IMG/VR virus record: IMGVR_UViG_3300032294_001228
Location: 1-64,000 of that record
DNA length: 64,000 nt
Direction: 5' to 3' (one strand)
Origin: a virus
The stretch's first letter is position 1; every line of letters begins with the position of its first letter. The notes below the pieces were generated by a model. That model saw only the letters and a program-made list of their open reading frames with translations, was not told the origin of the DNA and did no database searches. Of this stretch, positions 7,609 through 17,215 are shown one piece after another. The translations under genes were made by a program, and so were the position numbers.

Positions 7609-9627
7609 ATGAAAAATCTAAAGAAAATCTTACTTAGTCCGTGGACCGCATTAGTTACACTAGCAGTGATAAGTTATGTGGTATTTACTGGACCTACATT
7701 TGTAGAATCAGTAAAACTACGTTACTTTGATCAATTGATTACCAATCAACCACGAGTTGAAAACAATATCTGGACTGTGAACATTGATGAAGCTACTATC
7801 AACAAGTATGGACAGTTTCCGTTCAAACGTGACAAGTATGCTAACCTAATCGGTGACTTATATAGTCGTAACGCAGGCTTAGTAGTTTGGAACATATTAA
7901 TGCCCGAAGCAGATCGCCAAGGTGGTGATCCGGCCTTAGCATTAGAACTAGAAGATCATCCTGTAGTCCTTAGCAACACCCCCAGCGATATAACTAAAAA
8001 CATTCCACGCAAGCCAGGATCAGCTGTGATTGGTGCGGAGTATATCGACACTATCATCAACTATCCGGGCATCATCGCTAACATTCCAGAACTAGAAAAT
8101 GCGGCTGTTGGTGTAGGCATCACTAATACCATGCCAGAGCTTGATGGTGTTAATCGTCGACTACCTTTGTTCGTGGGCTACAATGGTGGATTATATCCTA
8201 GCTTGCCCTTAGAAGTCCTGCGTGTGATGAGCAATGATGACACATTCCAAGTTAAACTAAATGAGTTTGGCGTTGAGAAGATGCGTATTCCCAGCTTCCG
8301 TCCTATCACCACAGACAGTGTTGGCCGTATCTGGGTAGACTGGAGCCAAGCCAGCAAGCCAGTCAGTGCTGTCGACTTGCCCAAAGACTTCAAGAAAGGT
8401 ATCGTTATCGTAGGAGTCAGTGCCGCAGGCATCGGTAATCCAGTATCAACATCAATGGGTGCGGTATGGCCACAAGACATGCAGGCCGCTGTTATTGGCA
8501 CACTAGGCAACAACGTAAACATTGAGCGTCCAGACTGGGCACCTGGTGCTGAACTATATGTGTTGATTGGGGTAAGTTTGATTATCCTATTACTAAGCCG
8601 TTGGGTCTATGTTGGCCTAGGCGTTGGTATCGTCTTATTAGGTAGTTTGATCCCAGCTAGTATGTATGTGTTCTCTACATACAAGTTTTTAATTGATGCT
8701 ATCGTGCCAACAGCAGGCGGTGTACTAGTTATGCTACACGCTTATGGTGTTAAGTTCATCAGCGAGTTCTTACAGAAACAACAGATCAAGAAACAATTTG
8801 GTAGTTATGTAAGTCCTGTTATCGTTGAACGTTTACAAAAGAATCCAGAGTTAATTCGTCTAGGTGGTGAAGAGAAGATGCTAACAGCCGTCATGACAGA
8901 TATGCGTAACTTTACAGGTTTAGGTGAAAAGTATGGCCAAGATGTAGAAGGCTTTACTGCTATCATGAATCAGTATATGACGGCTATCGCTCAACCTGTG
9001 TTTAAGAACGATGGGTGCTTGATTAAGTTCATCGGTGATGCGAGTTTACATATCCACGGTGCACCACTAGATGATGAGCGTCACGCTTATCATGCTGTCA
9101 AAACAACACTGGAAATGATTGATGCAGTAGAAGAATTTAATAAACATCTTGAAAGCATCGGCAAGCCACCAGTGGGCATGGGCGCAGGTGTTAATACGGG
9201 TAAGATACTTGTAGGTAATATTGGTAGTGAAGGTAAGATGGGTTACGACGTGTTAGGTGATCCTGTGTCAGTCGCGGCACGTTTAGAAAGTCAGACCAAA
9301 TCATATGGTGTGTTAATGATCCTCGGACCCGATACCGCTGAAGCAGTTAAAGATGACTTTGATGTAGTATGGTTAGACAATATCGCTGTAAAGGGTAAAA
9401 CAGTTGGGTTGAATATCTATACAGTAGGTAAAACAATTAAACACAAACACGAAGAATACAAGAAAGAATACACACGTGGTAATTGGAAGAAAGCTATTAC
9501 CTGGGCTAAAGAGCTCGAAGCTGATCCTAAAGTTACCATTAATGAATACTATCACAAGATGATACTACGCATGGAAGATGGCCTGCCACCTGAGTGGGAT
9601 GGAACTTACAGGGCTACAAGTAAATAA
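7609..9627 (+). CDS. CHASE2-domain membrane adenylate/guanylate cyclase (class III)
   Basis: N-terminal TM, CHASE2 (VNIDE..I...GQFPF.R, DGVNRR.PL), three TMs, cyclase motifs TDMRNFT, KFIGD, GNIGS, GD.V..AARLE. Confidence 0.92.
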   Translation: MKNLKKILLSPWTALVTLAVISYVVFTGPTFVESVKLRYFDQLITNQPRVENNIWTVNIDEATINKYGQFPFKRDKYANLIGDLYSRNAGLVVWNILMPEADRQGGDPALALELEDHPVVLSNTPSDITKNIPRKPGSAVIGAEYIDTIINYPGIIANIPELENAAVGVGITNTMPELDGVNRRLPLFVGYNGGLYPSLPLEVLRVMSNDDTFQVKLNEFGVEKMRIPSFRPITTDSVGRIWVDWSQASKPVSAVDLPKDFKKGIVIVGVSAAGIGNPVSTSMGAVWPQDMQAAVIGTLGNNVNIERPDWAPGAELYVLIGVSLIILLLSRWVYVGLGVGIVLLGSLIPASMYVFSTYKFLIDAIVPTAGGVLVMLHAYGVKFISEFLQKQQIKKQFGSYVSPVIVERLQKNPELIRLGGEEKMLTAVMTDMRNFTGLGEKYGQDVEGFTAIMNQYMTAIAQPVFKNDGCLIKFIGDASLHIHGAPLDDERHAYHAVKTTLEMIDAVEEFNKHLESIGKPPVGMGAGVNTGKILVGNIGSEGKMGYDVLGDPVSVAARLESQTKSYGVLMILGPDTAEAVKDDFDVVWLDNIAVKGKTVGLNIYTVGKTIKHKHEEYKKEYTRGNWKKAITWAKELEADPKVTINEYYHKMILRMEDGLPPEWDGTYRATSK

Positions 9628-9854
9628 TGATCTACGGACCGTGGGCTATAGTAATAGGACACTGCTTAGCAGGATTGTGCTATTTTAATTCATCTACACC
9701 TGCATCTTTTGACAACACTTTTGCAGACGAATTTACCTGCGAGATAACAGGCAAGCTGATAGATGATATAGGAACCAATCGAGCAGTTGGCCCAATAAAA
9801 ATAGAACACTACTGTTATAATTGGTTAGAACTAGCCAAGAAACAACAAAAATAA
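9627..9854 (+). CDS. Small Cys-containing hypothetical protein
   Basis: TAATG stop/start coupling with the cyclase; hydrophobic N-terminus, four Cys. Confidence 0.6.
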   Translation: MIYGPWAIVIGHCLAGLCYFNSSTPASFDNTFADEFTCEITGKLIDDIGTNRAVGPIKIEHYCYNWLELAKKQQK

Positions 9855-9857
9855 ACT

Positions 9858-10649
9858 ATGAGATACGCGATATTCATACTTACATTGATATTCGCTTTGA
9901 TCGCAGACGCCCGTACAATCACTGCTAAGAGTTTTTTAGTCGCGGACAATCGTGGTGAGGTCATACTAGAGCGTAATGCTGACCGTGTGCAACCTATCGC
10001 CAGTATTACCAAACTGATGACAGCTATAGTGGTATTGAATTTACATCAAGACCTCAATGAAGAGTTAAAATTAGATTTTAAGAAATCTAATGTCTATCAT
10101 ACTCGATTACCACGCACACTCAAGACACTGAGCCGTGGTGAATTACTACAGTTAGCCATAGTCAAATCAGATAACTTTGCCGCATATACCTTGTGTGCTA
10201 ATTACCCGGGAGGGGTAGATCGTTGTGTGGCAGAGATGAACCATCAGGCCTTGGAGTTTGGTATGTATTCAACGCACTTCGCAGATCCTACAGGACTTGA
10301 TCAAGGCAATACCAGTAATGCTCGCGATTTAGTTAAATTAGTCCTAGTATCTAGCCATCATCCAGAGATCACAGAGGCCAGTGGCAAACCTAGTGTGAGT
10401 ATCCGAGTTAAAAAACGTTGGTGGGAATTTGGCAATACTAATCCATTAGTACGTCGAAGTGATAGTGTGGTGGTAAGTAAAACAGGTTATATAAATCAAT
10501 CAGGCGGTTGTGTAGTCATGCTGTTAGATACAGAATTGGGTCAGCGTGTGATAGTGGTATTGGGCAGCAAAAATACCAGGACACGTATTCCTGAGGCTGA
10601 ACAGATCAGCTTGGTAGTATCTGGCAGTGACGTTGACGTTAGATACTAG
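9858..10649 (+). CDS. pbpG: D-alanyl-D-alanine endopeptidase/carboxypeptidase, peptidase S11 (PBP7-like)
   Basis: Signal peptide; SITK (SxxK), SDN (SxN), KTG triad; NTNPLV motif. Confidence 0.85.
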   Translation: MRYAIFILTLIFALIADARTITAKSFLVADNRGEVILERNADRVQPIASITKLMTAIVVLNLHQDLNEELKLDFKKSNVYHTRLPRTLKTLSRGELLQLAIVKSDNFAAYTLCANYPGGVDRCVAEMNHQALEFGMYSTHFADPTGLDQGNTSNARDLVKLVLVSSHHPEITEASGKPSVSIRVKKRWWEFGNTNPLVRRSDSVVVSKTGYINQSGGCVVMLLDTELGQRVIVVLGSKNTRTRIPEAEQISLVVSGSDVDVRY

Positions 10650-10978
10650 TTTTTCTTTTTAGGTTCGTCTAGTTTACTTGCTTCGTCGAACTTGTCATTG
10701 GCTTCTTTTTCAACTTTCATCTGTTCCATGACGCGATCACTTTCGATAATCTTACCACGTAGATGTAATACAGTATTAACCTTTTGATTAAGTCTGATCA
10801 AGTCATTGTCTAGCATACGGATACGATCGATCAGTGCAATAAGCACCGTGTTAGCATCTGATATGACTGGCTTAACTTCCGTGGTTGCCCATGTCCATAC
10901 GTATTTGATAATTAATCCCATACCTACCGCGAACACGATAGGAAATCCATATTTGCTAATTAAGCCTACTACATCCAT
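10646..10978 (-). CDS. Small single-TM coiled-coil protein (YvrJ/holin-like GFP motif)
   Basis: ISKYGFPIV + TM + LIDRIRMLDNDLIRL; paralog of 13026 ORF. Confidence 0.6.
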   Translation of the reverse strand: MDVVGLISKYGFPIVFAVGMGLIIKYVWTWATTEVKPVISDANTVLIALIDRIRMLDNDLIRLNQKVNTVLHLRGKIIESDRVMEQMKVEKEANDKFDEASKLDEPKKKN

Positions 10979-11328
10979 TATTTTTTCTTCCTTGATAATT
11001 TACTAGTTAATTCGTCAATGGCGATCTGCTGATTTTGAACAGTTGCTTCCAACACCTTAACACGATCATCAACTAGTTTATTCTCTTCTAGATCTTTAAG
11101 ATTGCTTTCTTGATCGGCTAGTTGTTTAGCAGATAATCCTGCGATGGAGTCAGACAGATTAGTTATTTTAACATCATACTCATCAACACGCACTTGTGCA
11201 TCATACGCAACATATGACATTCCTCCAATGGCTACAACTAACAATAAAGTTCCTAATGCCTTTAGTATTTTATCTGTTTTAGATGTTTCTTCTGGATTAG
11301 TTAATTCAGCTTTTTCAATATCACTCAT
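10978..11328 (-). CDS. Single-TM coiled-coil protein
   Basis: TM at residues ~24-41 followed by heptad-rich region; GGAGA RBS. Confidence 0.7.
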   Translation of the reverse strand: MSDIEKAELTNPEETSKTDKILKALGTLLLVVAIGGMSYVAYDAQVRVDEYDVKITNLSDSIAGLSAKQLADQESNLKDLEENKLVDDRVKVLEATVQNQQIAIDELTSKLSRKKK

Positions 11329-11445
11329 TTATCGCTCTCCTAATTTGTTCGTTATGTTCATTGATCTTATCTTTTACAGCATTCATTTCTGGAGTTAGCC
11401 ACCAAAGAACTAGTGCTAACCAACAAACCCAAATTAATACGATTT

Positions 11446-12009
11446 TCATAGTGGCATCCAAAGTAATATGCCTTGCGACATTAATACTATGCCTGCACCT
11501 GCTAAGACGAAACTACCCCAGAACAAGGCCATGCTGATACTCAAGATACTTGCTGATAGTAATACGATACTCAGTTGGTATGCTGTACTTGCATATCCTA
11601 CCCATGGTAATTGTTTTTTATAATGGTCACGTGCTTCTTCCAATGCTTTGGCCTGTTTGTATAGCTCTGGTTTGCCTTCCGCACCTTGATCGTATGTTAA
11701 TGCTTTGTCACTGAACTTCTTAACCTTAGCAGGATCTGTTGCCTGGCTAGCGGCTAGCTCATACTGTGTTTGTTTGATACTTTTCGCTTGATAAAATACC
11801 CATAGGTCATTGGCCTGTATGGTATTGTTTAGGACTTTGCTGTTTAGGCTACCTTGTAGCCACATGTTAAATGCCAACAAGGCCGCGAACACGTTGATGA
11901 TTAATCCCGCTTTGCTTTTAATCATGCGTTCTCTGTCAGTAGCAGGAACTTCTGTACCATCATTCTTTTGACGTGTTACCATCTTCATCACTGTGTCTGT
12001 TAAAGCCAT
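11446..12009 (-). CDS. DUF4337-like membrane protein
   Basis: N-terminal TM, DLW.FYQAKSIKQ motif, two C-terminal TMs. Confidence 0.7.
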   Translation of the reverse strand: MALTDTVMKMVTRQKNDGTEVPATDRERMIKSKAGLIINVFAALLAFNMWLQGSLNSKVLNNTIQANDLWVFYQAKSIKQTQYELAASQATDPAKVKKFSDKALTYDQGAEGKPELYKQAKALEEARDHYKKQLPWVGYASTAYQLSIVLLSASILSISMALFWGSFVLAGAGIVLMSQGILLWMPL

Positions 12010-12091
12010 TTCATTATGTCCTCAAACCAAATTAGAATACTAAAAAATATTACGATCAAGCCAAGCAGGCAATAGTCTGCCGTATCCCATT

Positions 12092-12874
12092 TCATTGTGG
12101 ATATTCCTCGCCCTTAGTCCAATGTTCTAAACGTTCAGCATAGCGGGTAATGCTGTGATTGCTGAAAAAATTAATATCTTTCTTTTTCAATCCTACTAAG
12201 AACCCACGCCATACGTCTTTACACGATTGTTTAAAAGTTAGAGTGCGTAAGTTACCATAGTGATTTATATAGTACATGCCACCAAAGTGATAGAAAGGCC
12301 ATAGGGGAACTCTGGCTACGATATCAGCATTATTGACAAAACGGAAATGTAGTACACCAGTGGCTTCTATAGCTCGAATATAAGCCTTATCGCCCACACG
12401 TGGACTACCATAGGTAAACAATGCCTGTGGGTTTGGTGTATCTTCTGAGCGTTGTAGTCGATAAGCTACGATAGTAGCCATGGCCGCACCTAGACTGTGT
12501 CCTGTGCACCACACTGTGCGTGTCTTGCCATAGTCGTTGGCTAGTTCATGTAAGGTAGGCCAAATATCATCTACTGATTCTTTAAATCCTGCGTGCAGTT
12601 TGCCAATGCCTGTTGAACTCGGCACTGGAAATGCTTTTAGATCGGCAGCGATATCTTTAAACTCTGTTGGTTGAGTGCCACGACAGACGATAACTAGGTC
12701 ATCATCATTGACTAACCAATAGGCCTGGCTGCCGTCATGATCGATAAACGTAGCCGTAAATCCTAATTTCTTAAACTTTGCCTTACCTTCTTTTTCAGGT
12801 AGATAAGCATATTCGCTACAACGAGCAAATAATGCCGCTTGTTCTGGGAAAGGACGCATATTTATTGCAGACAT
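12092..12874 (-). CDS. Lipase class 3 (alpha/beta hydrolase)
   Basis: RGT, LHAGF, GHSLG nucleophile elbow, TYGSPRVG, VNN.D.V..VP, C-terminal His; start moved to MSAINM (AGGAG RBS). Confidence 0.9.
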   Translation of the reverse strand: MSAINMRPFPEQAALFARCSEYAYLPEKEGKAKFKKLGFTATFIDHDGSQAYWLVNDDDLVIVCRGTQPTEFKDIAADLKAFPVPSSTGIGKLHAGFKESVDDIWPTLHELANDYGKTRTVWCTGHSLGAAMATIVAYRLQRSEDTPNPQALFTYGSPRVGDKAYIRAIEATGVLHFRFVNNADIVARVPLWPFYHFGGMYYINHYGNLRTLTFKQSCKDVWRGFLVGLKKKDINFFSNHSITRYAERLEHWTKGEEYPQ

Positions 12875-13026
12875 AATACTACTCCTATAAGTATTCCAAA
12901 AAATACACCAACGGCAAACGCTTTGAACATATCTACGTCGTGCCATACTGCTTGTTTTTTTAGATATTCTTTTGTGTGTGCTGGTAAACTATCGTACCAT
13001 AGTTCCCATTTATTAGGTTTAAACAT
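12862..13026 (-). CDS. 54-aa membrane peptide
   Basis: Manual translation MFKPNKWELWYDSLPAHTKEYLKKQAVWHDVDMFKAFAVGVFFGILIGVVLCLQ*; coupled to upstream stop. Confidence 0.65.
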   Translation of the reverse strand: MFKPNKWELWYDSLPAHTKEYLKKQAVWHDVDMFKAFAVGVFFGILIGVVLCLQ

Positions 13027-13307
13027 TAATCTCTCCTAGCGTCATTTTTACCGTCAGCTCTAGCTATACGGTCTGTGTCTGGTTTTAATCCTAGTGCATT
13101 ACTGACGATGGTATCGATACGGATAACATCATGATTCATAGTTTTAACGCGATTGTCTAGGGCTGTAATGATACCAGCCATGCCCTTGATACTGCCAAGA
13201 ACACCTGCTAGTAATAGTTTGATCGTAAGATAAACGAAATAGCCACCCGCTAGGGCAACTGCGACGGGGAAGCCTAGATCCCCAATGAGTTTGAATATGT
13301 CACCCAT
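13026..13307 (-). CDS. Small single-TM protein (YvrJ/holin-like GFP motif)
   Basis: IGDLGFPVAV + TM + LDNRVKTMNHDVIRI; AGGAG RBS; TATAAATA at 13346-13353 (minus). Confidence 0.65.
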   Translation of the reverse strand: MGDIFKLIGDLGFPVAVALAGGYFVYLTIKLLLAGVLGSIKGMAGIITALDNRVKTMNHDVIRIDTIVSNALGLKPDTDRIARADGKNDARRD

Positions 13308-13366
13308 GTCATGCTCCTTGAAATACTGCTTTATAGTTATAACAGTATTTATATTTTGGTGAGCTT

Positions 13367-14530
13367 TTAGTGGGTTAGTGCGTGATAGATCTGATCGTAA
13401 GAAATATGGCTATCATCATAGCCTATAGATTGAAATAAGGTCTTGGTGTTGTCTAGTAATTCTCCGGTGATAATATGGCAGAATTCACCATAAAAATGAT
13501 GGAAATTATGTAAAACGATGGGTTCTACGGTTCGCATAACGTCAGTTTTTTCGCGATCAGATAATCCGCAATACCATGCCAATTGTTTGACTACCGCTTC
13601 AGTGCGGGAATCATTGTCTTGCATGCGATCATAACTTTCATCAATGATACCATCAAAAGTTTTAAATCCATAACTGCGTAAATAAGCAAGATTGCCTGGA
13701 GCAGCCAGGAGCATAAATGGCTGCTTGCTGACTATGGGTTTAAATATCTTTTCAGTTAAATGTAGTTTATTGTAGTAGAATACTGTTTCAGTGACTATGT
13801 GCCAAAAAGCATCGTAATTCGGAGTATCGTTATTATAATCACGCCTATTAATAGTCCTAGGAATGTCAGCACTAGCACTACCGTGTATATTTGCATGATC
13901 AATGGTTAGTTTATCAATGTCAGTCATGTGATGTTCTATGTGTTGTTTAGCAGGTTTACTTAATTTAGTTTTAGGATCTGCTGCCTCATCTCGCCAATCA
14001 TCAAATAGATTATCTGTAACATTAAAACTAATTAGCCCGTGATCTAGCAAGCCCTGTTCTTTCAGTTGACTTACAAAATAAATCCTATAACTGCGATCAT
14101 CAATGATAATTCTATTAAATGAAATGAAATCATACTTATATGGTTTAACTATTTGTTTATTATAGTTTAGAGAGTAGTAGCTACGATACCAGTCAAATGC
14201 CGCAAAACCATGAAAGAAATAATAAAGATTATAAAAATTATTTTTTTGGGTACAGATATTGATGTCATCGGAATATTCGCTAGTAACTAGAATACGTTTC
14301 TGAGTGTTGTTAGGCAAGAAACTAATATAAGGATCAACTAATTTTGTAATGAAAGGTTCTTGATCATAAAAAAATATTTTTGCTATCGGGTCAGATGTAG
14401 GTGTAAATACAGATATATCATGAATAGTAATATTGCCTACTTTTGGTACTCCATTAAATAGATGCCAAACTTCAAACTCTTTAAAAAGTTCTTGATATAA
14501 AAATTCGTAGATATGATCAATTTGGAGCAT
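13367..14530 (-). CDS. Glycosyltransferase-like (TEK family) protein
   Basis: HIVTET...TEKIFKPI...YLRSYGFKTFDGIIDESYD; paralog of 4661 and 22557 ORFs. Confidence 0.6.
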   Translation of the reverse strand: MLQIDHIYEFLYQELFKEFEVWHLFNGVPKVGNITIHDISVFTPTSDPIAKIFFYDQEPFITKLVDPYISFLPNNTQKRILVTSEYSDDINICTQKNNFYNLYYFFHGFAAFDWYRSYYSLNYNKQIVKPYKYDFISFNRIIIDDRSYRIYFVSQLKEQGLLDHGLISFNVTDNLFDDWRDEAADPKTKLSKPAKQHIEHHMTDIDKLTIDHANIHGSASADIPRTINRRDYNNDTPNYDAFWHIVTETVFYYNKLHLTEKIFKPIVSKQPFMLLAAPGNLAYLRSYGFKTFDGIIDESYDRMQDNDSRTEAVVKQLAWYCGLSDREKTDVMRTVEPIVLHNFHHFYGEFCHIITGELLDNTKTLFQSIGYDDSHISYDQIYHALTH

Positions 14531-14532
14531 GT

Positions 14533-15780
14533 ATGTCAACTCAATTAAAAACAGTAGGATTCATCGGAATCGGTAAATTAGGTCTACCCTGTGCTGAAGT
14601 AATGGCACAACAGTATGACGTAACTGGCTATGATATTTACCCTAAGGTCAGTGACAAGATCAAGGTTTCTGATACGCTAGAAGGTGCAGTACGAGGGAAA
14701 GATGTCATCTTTGTAGCAGTACAAACTCCCCATGATCCTATCTACGATGGCAGTCAACCTATTACACATTTACCAAATAAAGATTTTGATTATACTATTG
14801 TTAAAGATGTTCTTAAAGACATTAATCAATATATATTACCACAGAAACAATTAGTGGTATTGATTTCAACAGTGCTACCCGGAACTACTCGTAGAGAACT
14901 ACGAGATTGTGTTAAAGATGCTCGGTTTGTCTACAACCCATACTTGATAGCCATGGGTAGTGTAGCATGGGACATGGTTAATCCTGAAATGGTCATCATC
15001 GGCACAGAAGATGGTAGCTTGACTGGTGATGCACAGTTACTCAAAGACTTCTATGCACCCCTTATGGAAAATAATCCACGCTACGCTATTGGCACTTGGG
15101 ATGAAGCAGAAGCTATTAAAGTATTCTATAATACATTCATCAGTGCTAAAATTGGCCTTGTCAACATGATACAAGATGTGGCAATGAAAAATGGCAACAT
15201 GAATGTAGATGTAGTAACTGATGCACTCAGTGAAAGTACTATACGAATTGTTAGCAAGAAATATATGACTGCAGGCATGGGTGATGCAGGCCCTTGTCAC
15301 CCACGTGATAATATCGCACTTCGCTACCTGGCAGAACGTTTAAATCTAGGATATGATATATTTGATACTGTCATGCATGCTCGTGAAGAACAAGCACGCA
15401 ATCTGGCTATCTATTTAGACAAGATAGCAAAGAATAACAATTTACCAATTATCATACACGGTAAAGCCTACAAGCCAGATATTGACATGCTAGAAGGCAG
15501 TTATAGTTTATTAATTGGCAGTTATTTAGATGGGCTAGGTAGTGATTATACCTATGTTGATCCTTTAACACACGATCATCTACATGATCCATATCCAGCT
15601 GTTATTTTACTAGCACACAATCGCCACGTTACTTATGGTTATACTGGCTCTGCTAATAAACAAGAATTATATTTTATTCCCAGCGGCGGCAGTGTTATAG
15701 TAGATCCGTGGCGCAACTATACAAATGAAAATTCAAACATTCATGTGATACACTATGGAAATTCTAGACCAAATAGCTAA
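14533..15780 (+). CDS. UDP-glucose/GDP-mannose dehydrogenase family protein
   Basis: GIGKLG Rossmann motif, FVAVQTP, STV.PGT, K..YN, catalytic GPCHPRD, AYKP. Confidence 0.9.
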   Translation: MSTQLKTVGFIGIGKLGLPCAEVMAQQYDVTGYDIYPKVSDKIKVSDTLEGAVRGKDVIFVAVQTPHDPIYDGSQPITHLPNKDFDYTIVKDVLKDINQYILPQKQLVVLISTVLPGTTRRELRDCVKDARFVYNPYLIAMGSVAWDMVNPEMVIIGTEDGSLTGDAQLLKDFYAPLMENNPRYAIGTWDEAEAIKVFYNTFISAKIGLVNMIQDVAMKNGNMNVDVVTDALSESTIRIVSKKYMTAGMGDAGPCHPRDNIALRYLAERLNLGYDIFDTVMHAREEQARNLAIYLDKIAKNNNLPIIIHGKAYKPDIDMLEGSYSLLIGSYLDGLGSDYTYVDPLTHDHLHDPYPAVILLAHNRHVTYGYTGSANKQELYFIPSGGSVIVDPWRNYTNENSNIHVIHYGNSRPNS

Positions 15781-16270
15781 TATAGAATGCTTCTGGGATG
15801 ACGAATATCTATATCTAGACTATGAAGTAGAAACATTTAATAATCCCTTAGATACCGAACGTTGGCTTAAACAAGGATATCGTTGTAACTTTACTGGTGC
15901 TATGTGTGACATGCGCCGACCACAGCCCAGCTGGAACGATAAATTTATTCGTCACTTTGAAGCACTAGGTTGGCGAGATATAGGTACCAGTTACTATCGC
16001 ATGGATACCGGCACGATATTGCCTATTCATCAAGATACTTACAAGCGTTATGTGGAATTGTTTAAACTAGAAGGTCAAGAATACCGTATCCGCCGTGCTA
16101 TTGTATTTTTAGAAGATTGGCAGTCTGGACATTATTTAGAATTAAAAGGTCGCCCGGTGGTAGGATGGCGTGCAGGATTTACTGTGGTATGGGCATATGA
16201 TGACCCGCACATGGCCGCCAACGTTGGTGCTACTCCAAGATACACATTACAGATCACAGGACACATATGA
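15755..16270 (+). CDS. 2OG-Fe(II) oxygenase/cupin-like protein
   Basis: HQD (HxD)...PH.AANVG...RYTLQ facial triad and 2OG-binding Arg pattern. Confidence 0.7.
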   Translation: MEILDQIANIECFWDDEYLYLDYEVETFNNPLDTERWLKQGYRCNFTGAMCDMRRPQPSWNDKFIRHFEALGWRDIGTSYYRMDTGTILPIHQDTYKRYVELFKLEGQEYRIRRAIVFLEDWQSGHYLELKGRPVVGWRAGFTVVWAYDDPHMAANVGATPRYTLQITGHI

Positions 16271-17181
16271 AAATAAGTTCAAGCAATGAATGGGGAAAAC
16301 TACGATCAGTAGTCGTGGGATCAGCCACTAATGCCAATTGGCCTACAAATGATCCGGTGTTTGCTGAAGAAAGTCGTAAGACTACCTGGACGGAAACTCC
16401 AGTTCCTAATGGTGCTGTTCCGCAGTGGATTGTCGATGAAGCTAATGAGGATTTGGCTATCTTAGCAGATACATTGACTAAACTTAAAATCTCAGTATAT
16501 CGTCCTCGAGACATGGACTTTCCTCGACTAGGCGGTATGTATAACTATTGTCCTCGTGACAGATTACTCATAGCTAGTGGTACGGTTATAGTACCTAACA
16601 TGATGTATCCTTGCCGCAACATGGAAGAAGTTGCCCTAGGTGCGGTCTTAGATGCTGCCGAACATGTCAAATATATGCCTAAAGATCAAGGCATGATTAT
16701 GGATGCCGCTAATGTCTGCCGATTAGGTGACCGTTGGTTATTCCTAGAAAGTCCCAGCGGTAATCGTGCCGCCTACGAATGGTTATGCGAACAACTGCCA
16801 GAGATTAAAATAGAGTTAGTAAATTTTTATGCTGGTGTACATATCGACAGTACTATTACTCCACTACGTGAAGGACTGGTCATGCTAAATGCCAGCAGAG
16901 TAAATCAAGTGAATTGTCCCAAGGTGTTTGATGGTTGGGAGAAGATCTGGGTCAATGATGTGATAGCACAGGACTTCTACGAATATCCTTATGCCAGTAA
17001 ATGGGTAGGTATGAATGTACTCAGTGTGGATGAGAACACAGTAGTCATTGATGCCGCCCAGACCCAATTAATAAAAGACTTAGAGCGTTGTAGTATAACC
17101 TGTATTCCATTAACCTTGCGACATGCACGTACCTTAGGGGGCAGTTTCCACTGTGTGACCCTTGATTTAGTTAGAGAATAA
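16267..17181 (+). CDS. Amidinotransferase (glycine/inosamine-phosphate amidinotransferase family)
   Basis: SNEWGKLRSVVVG, CPRD, DAAN, HID, GGSFHCVTLDL with the Asp-His-Cys triad. Confidence 0.9.
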   Translation: MKISSSNEWGKLRSVVVGSATNANWPTNDPVFAEESRKTTWTETPVPNGAVPQWIVDEANEDLAILADTLTKLKISVYRPRDMDFPRLGGMYNYCPRDRLLIASGTVIVPNMMYPCRNMEEVALGAVLDAAEHVKYMPKDQGMIMDAANVCRLGDRWLFLESPSGNRAAYEWLCEQLPEIKIELVNFYAGVHIDSTITPLREGLVMLNASRVNQVNCPKVFDGWEKIWVNDVIAQDFYEYPYASKWVGMNVLSVDENTVVIDAAQTQLIKDLERCSITCIPLTLRHARTLGGSFHCVTLDLVRE

Positions 17182-17215
17182 CTAAATATTAGTTACAATT
17201 TGGAAATAATTTTAT

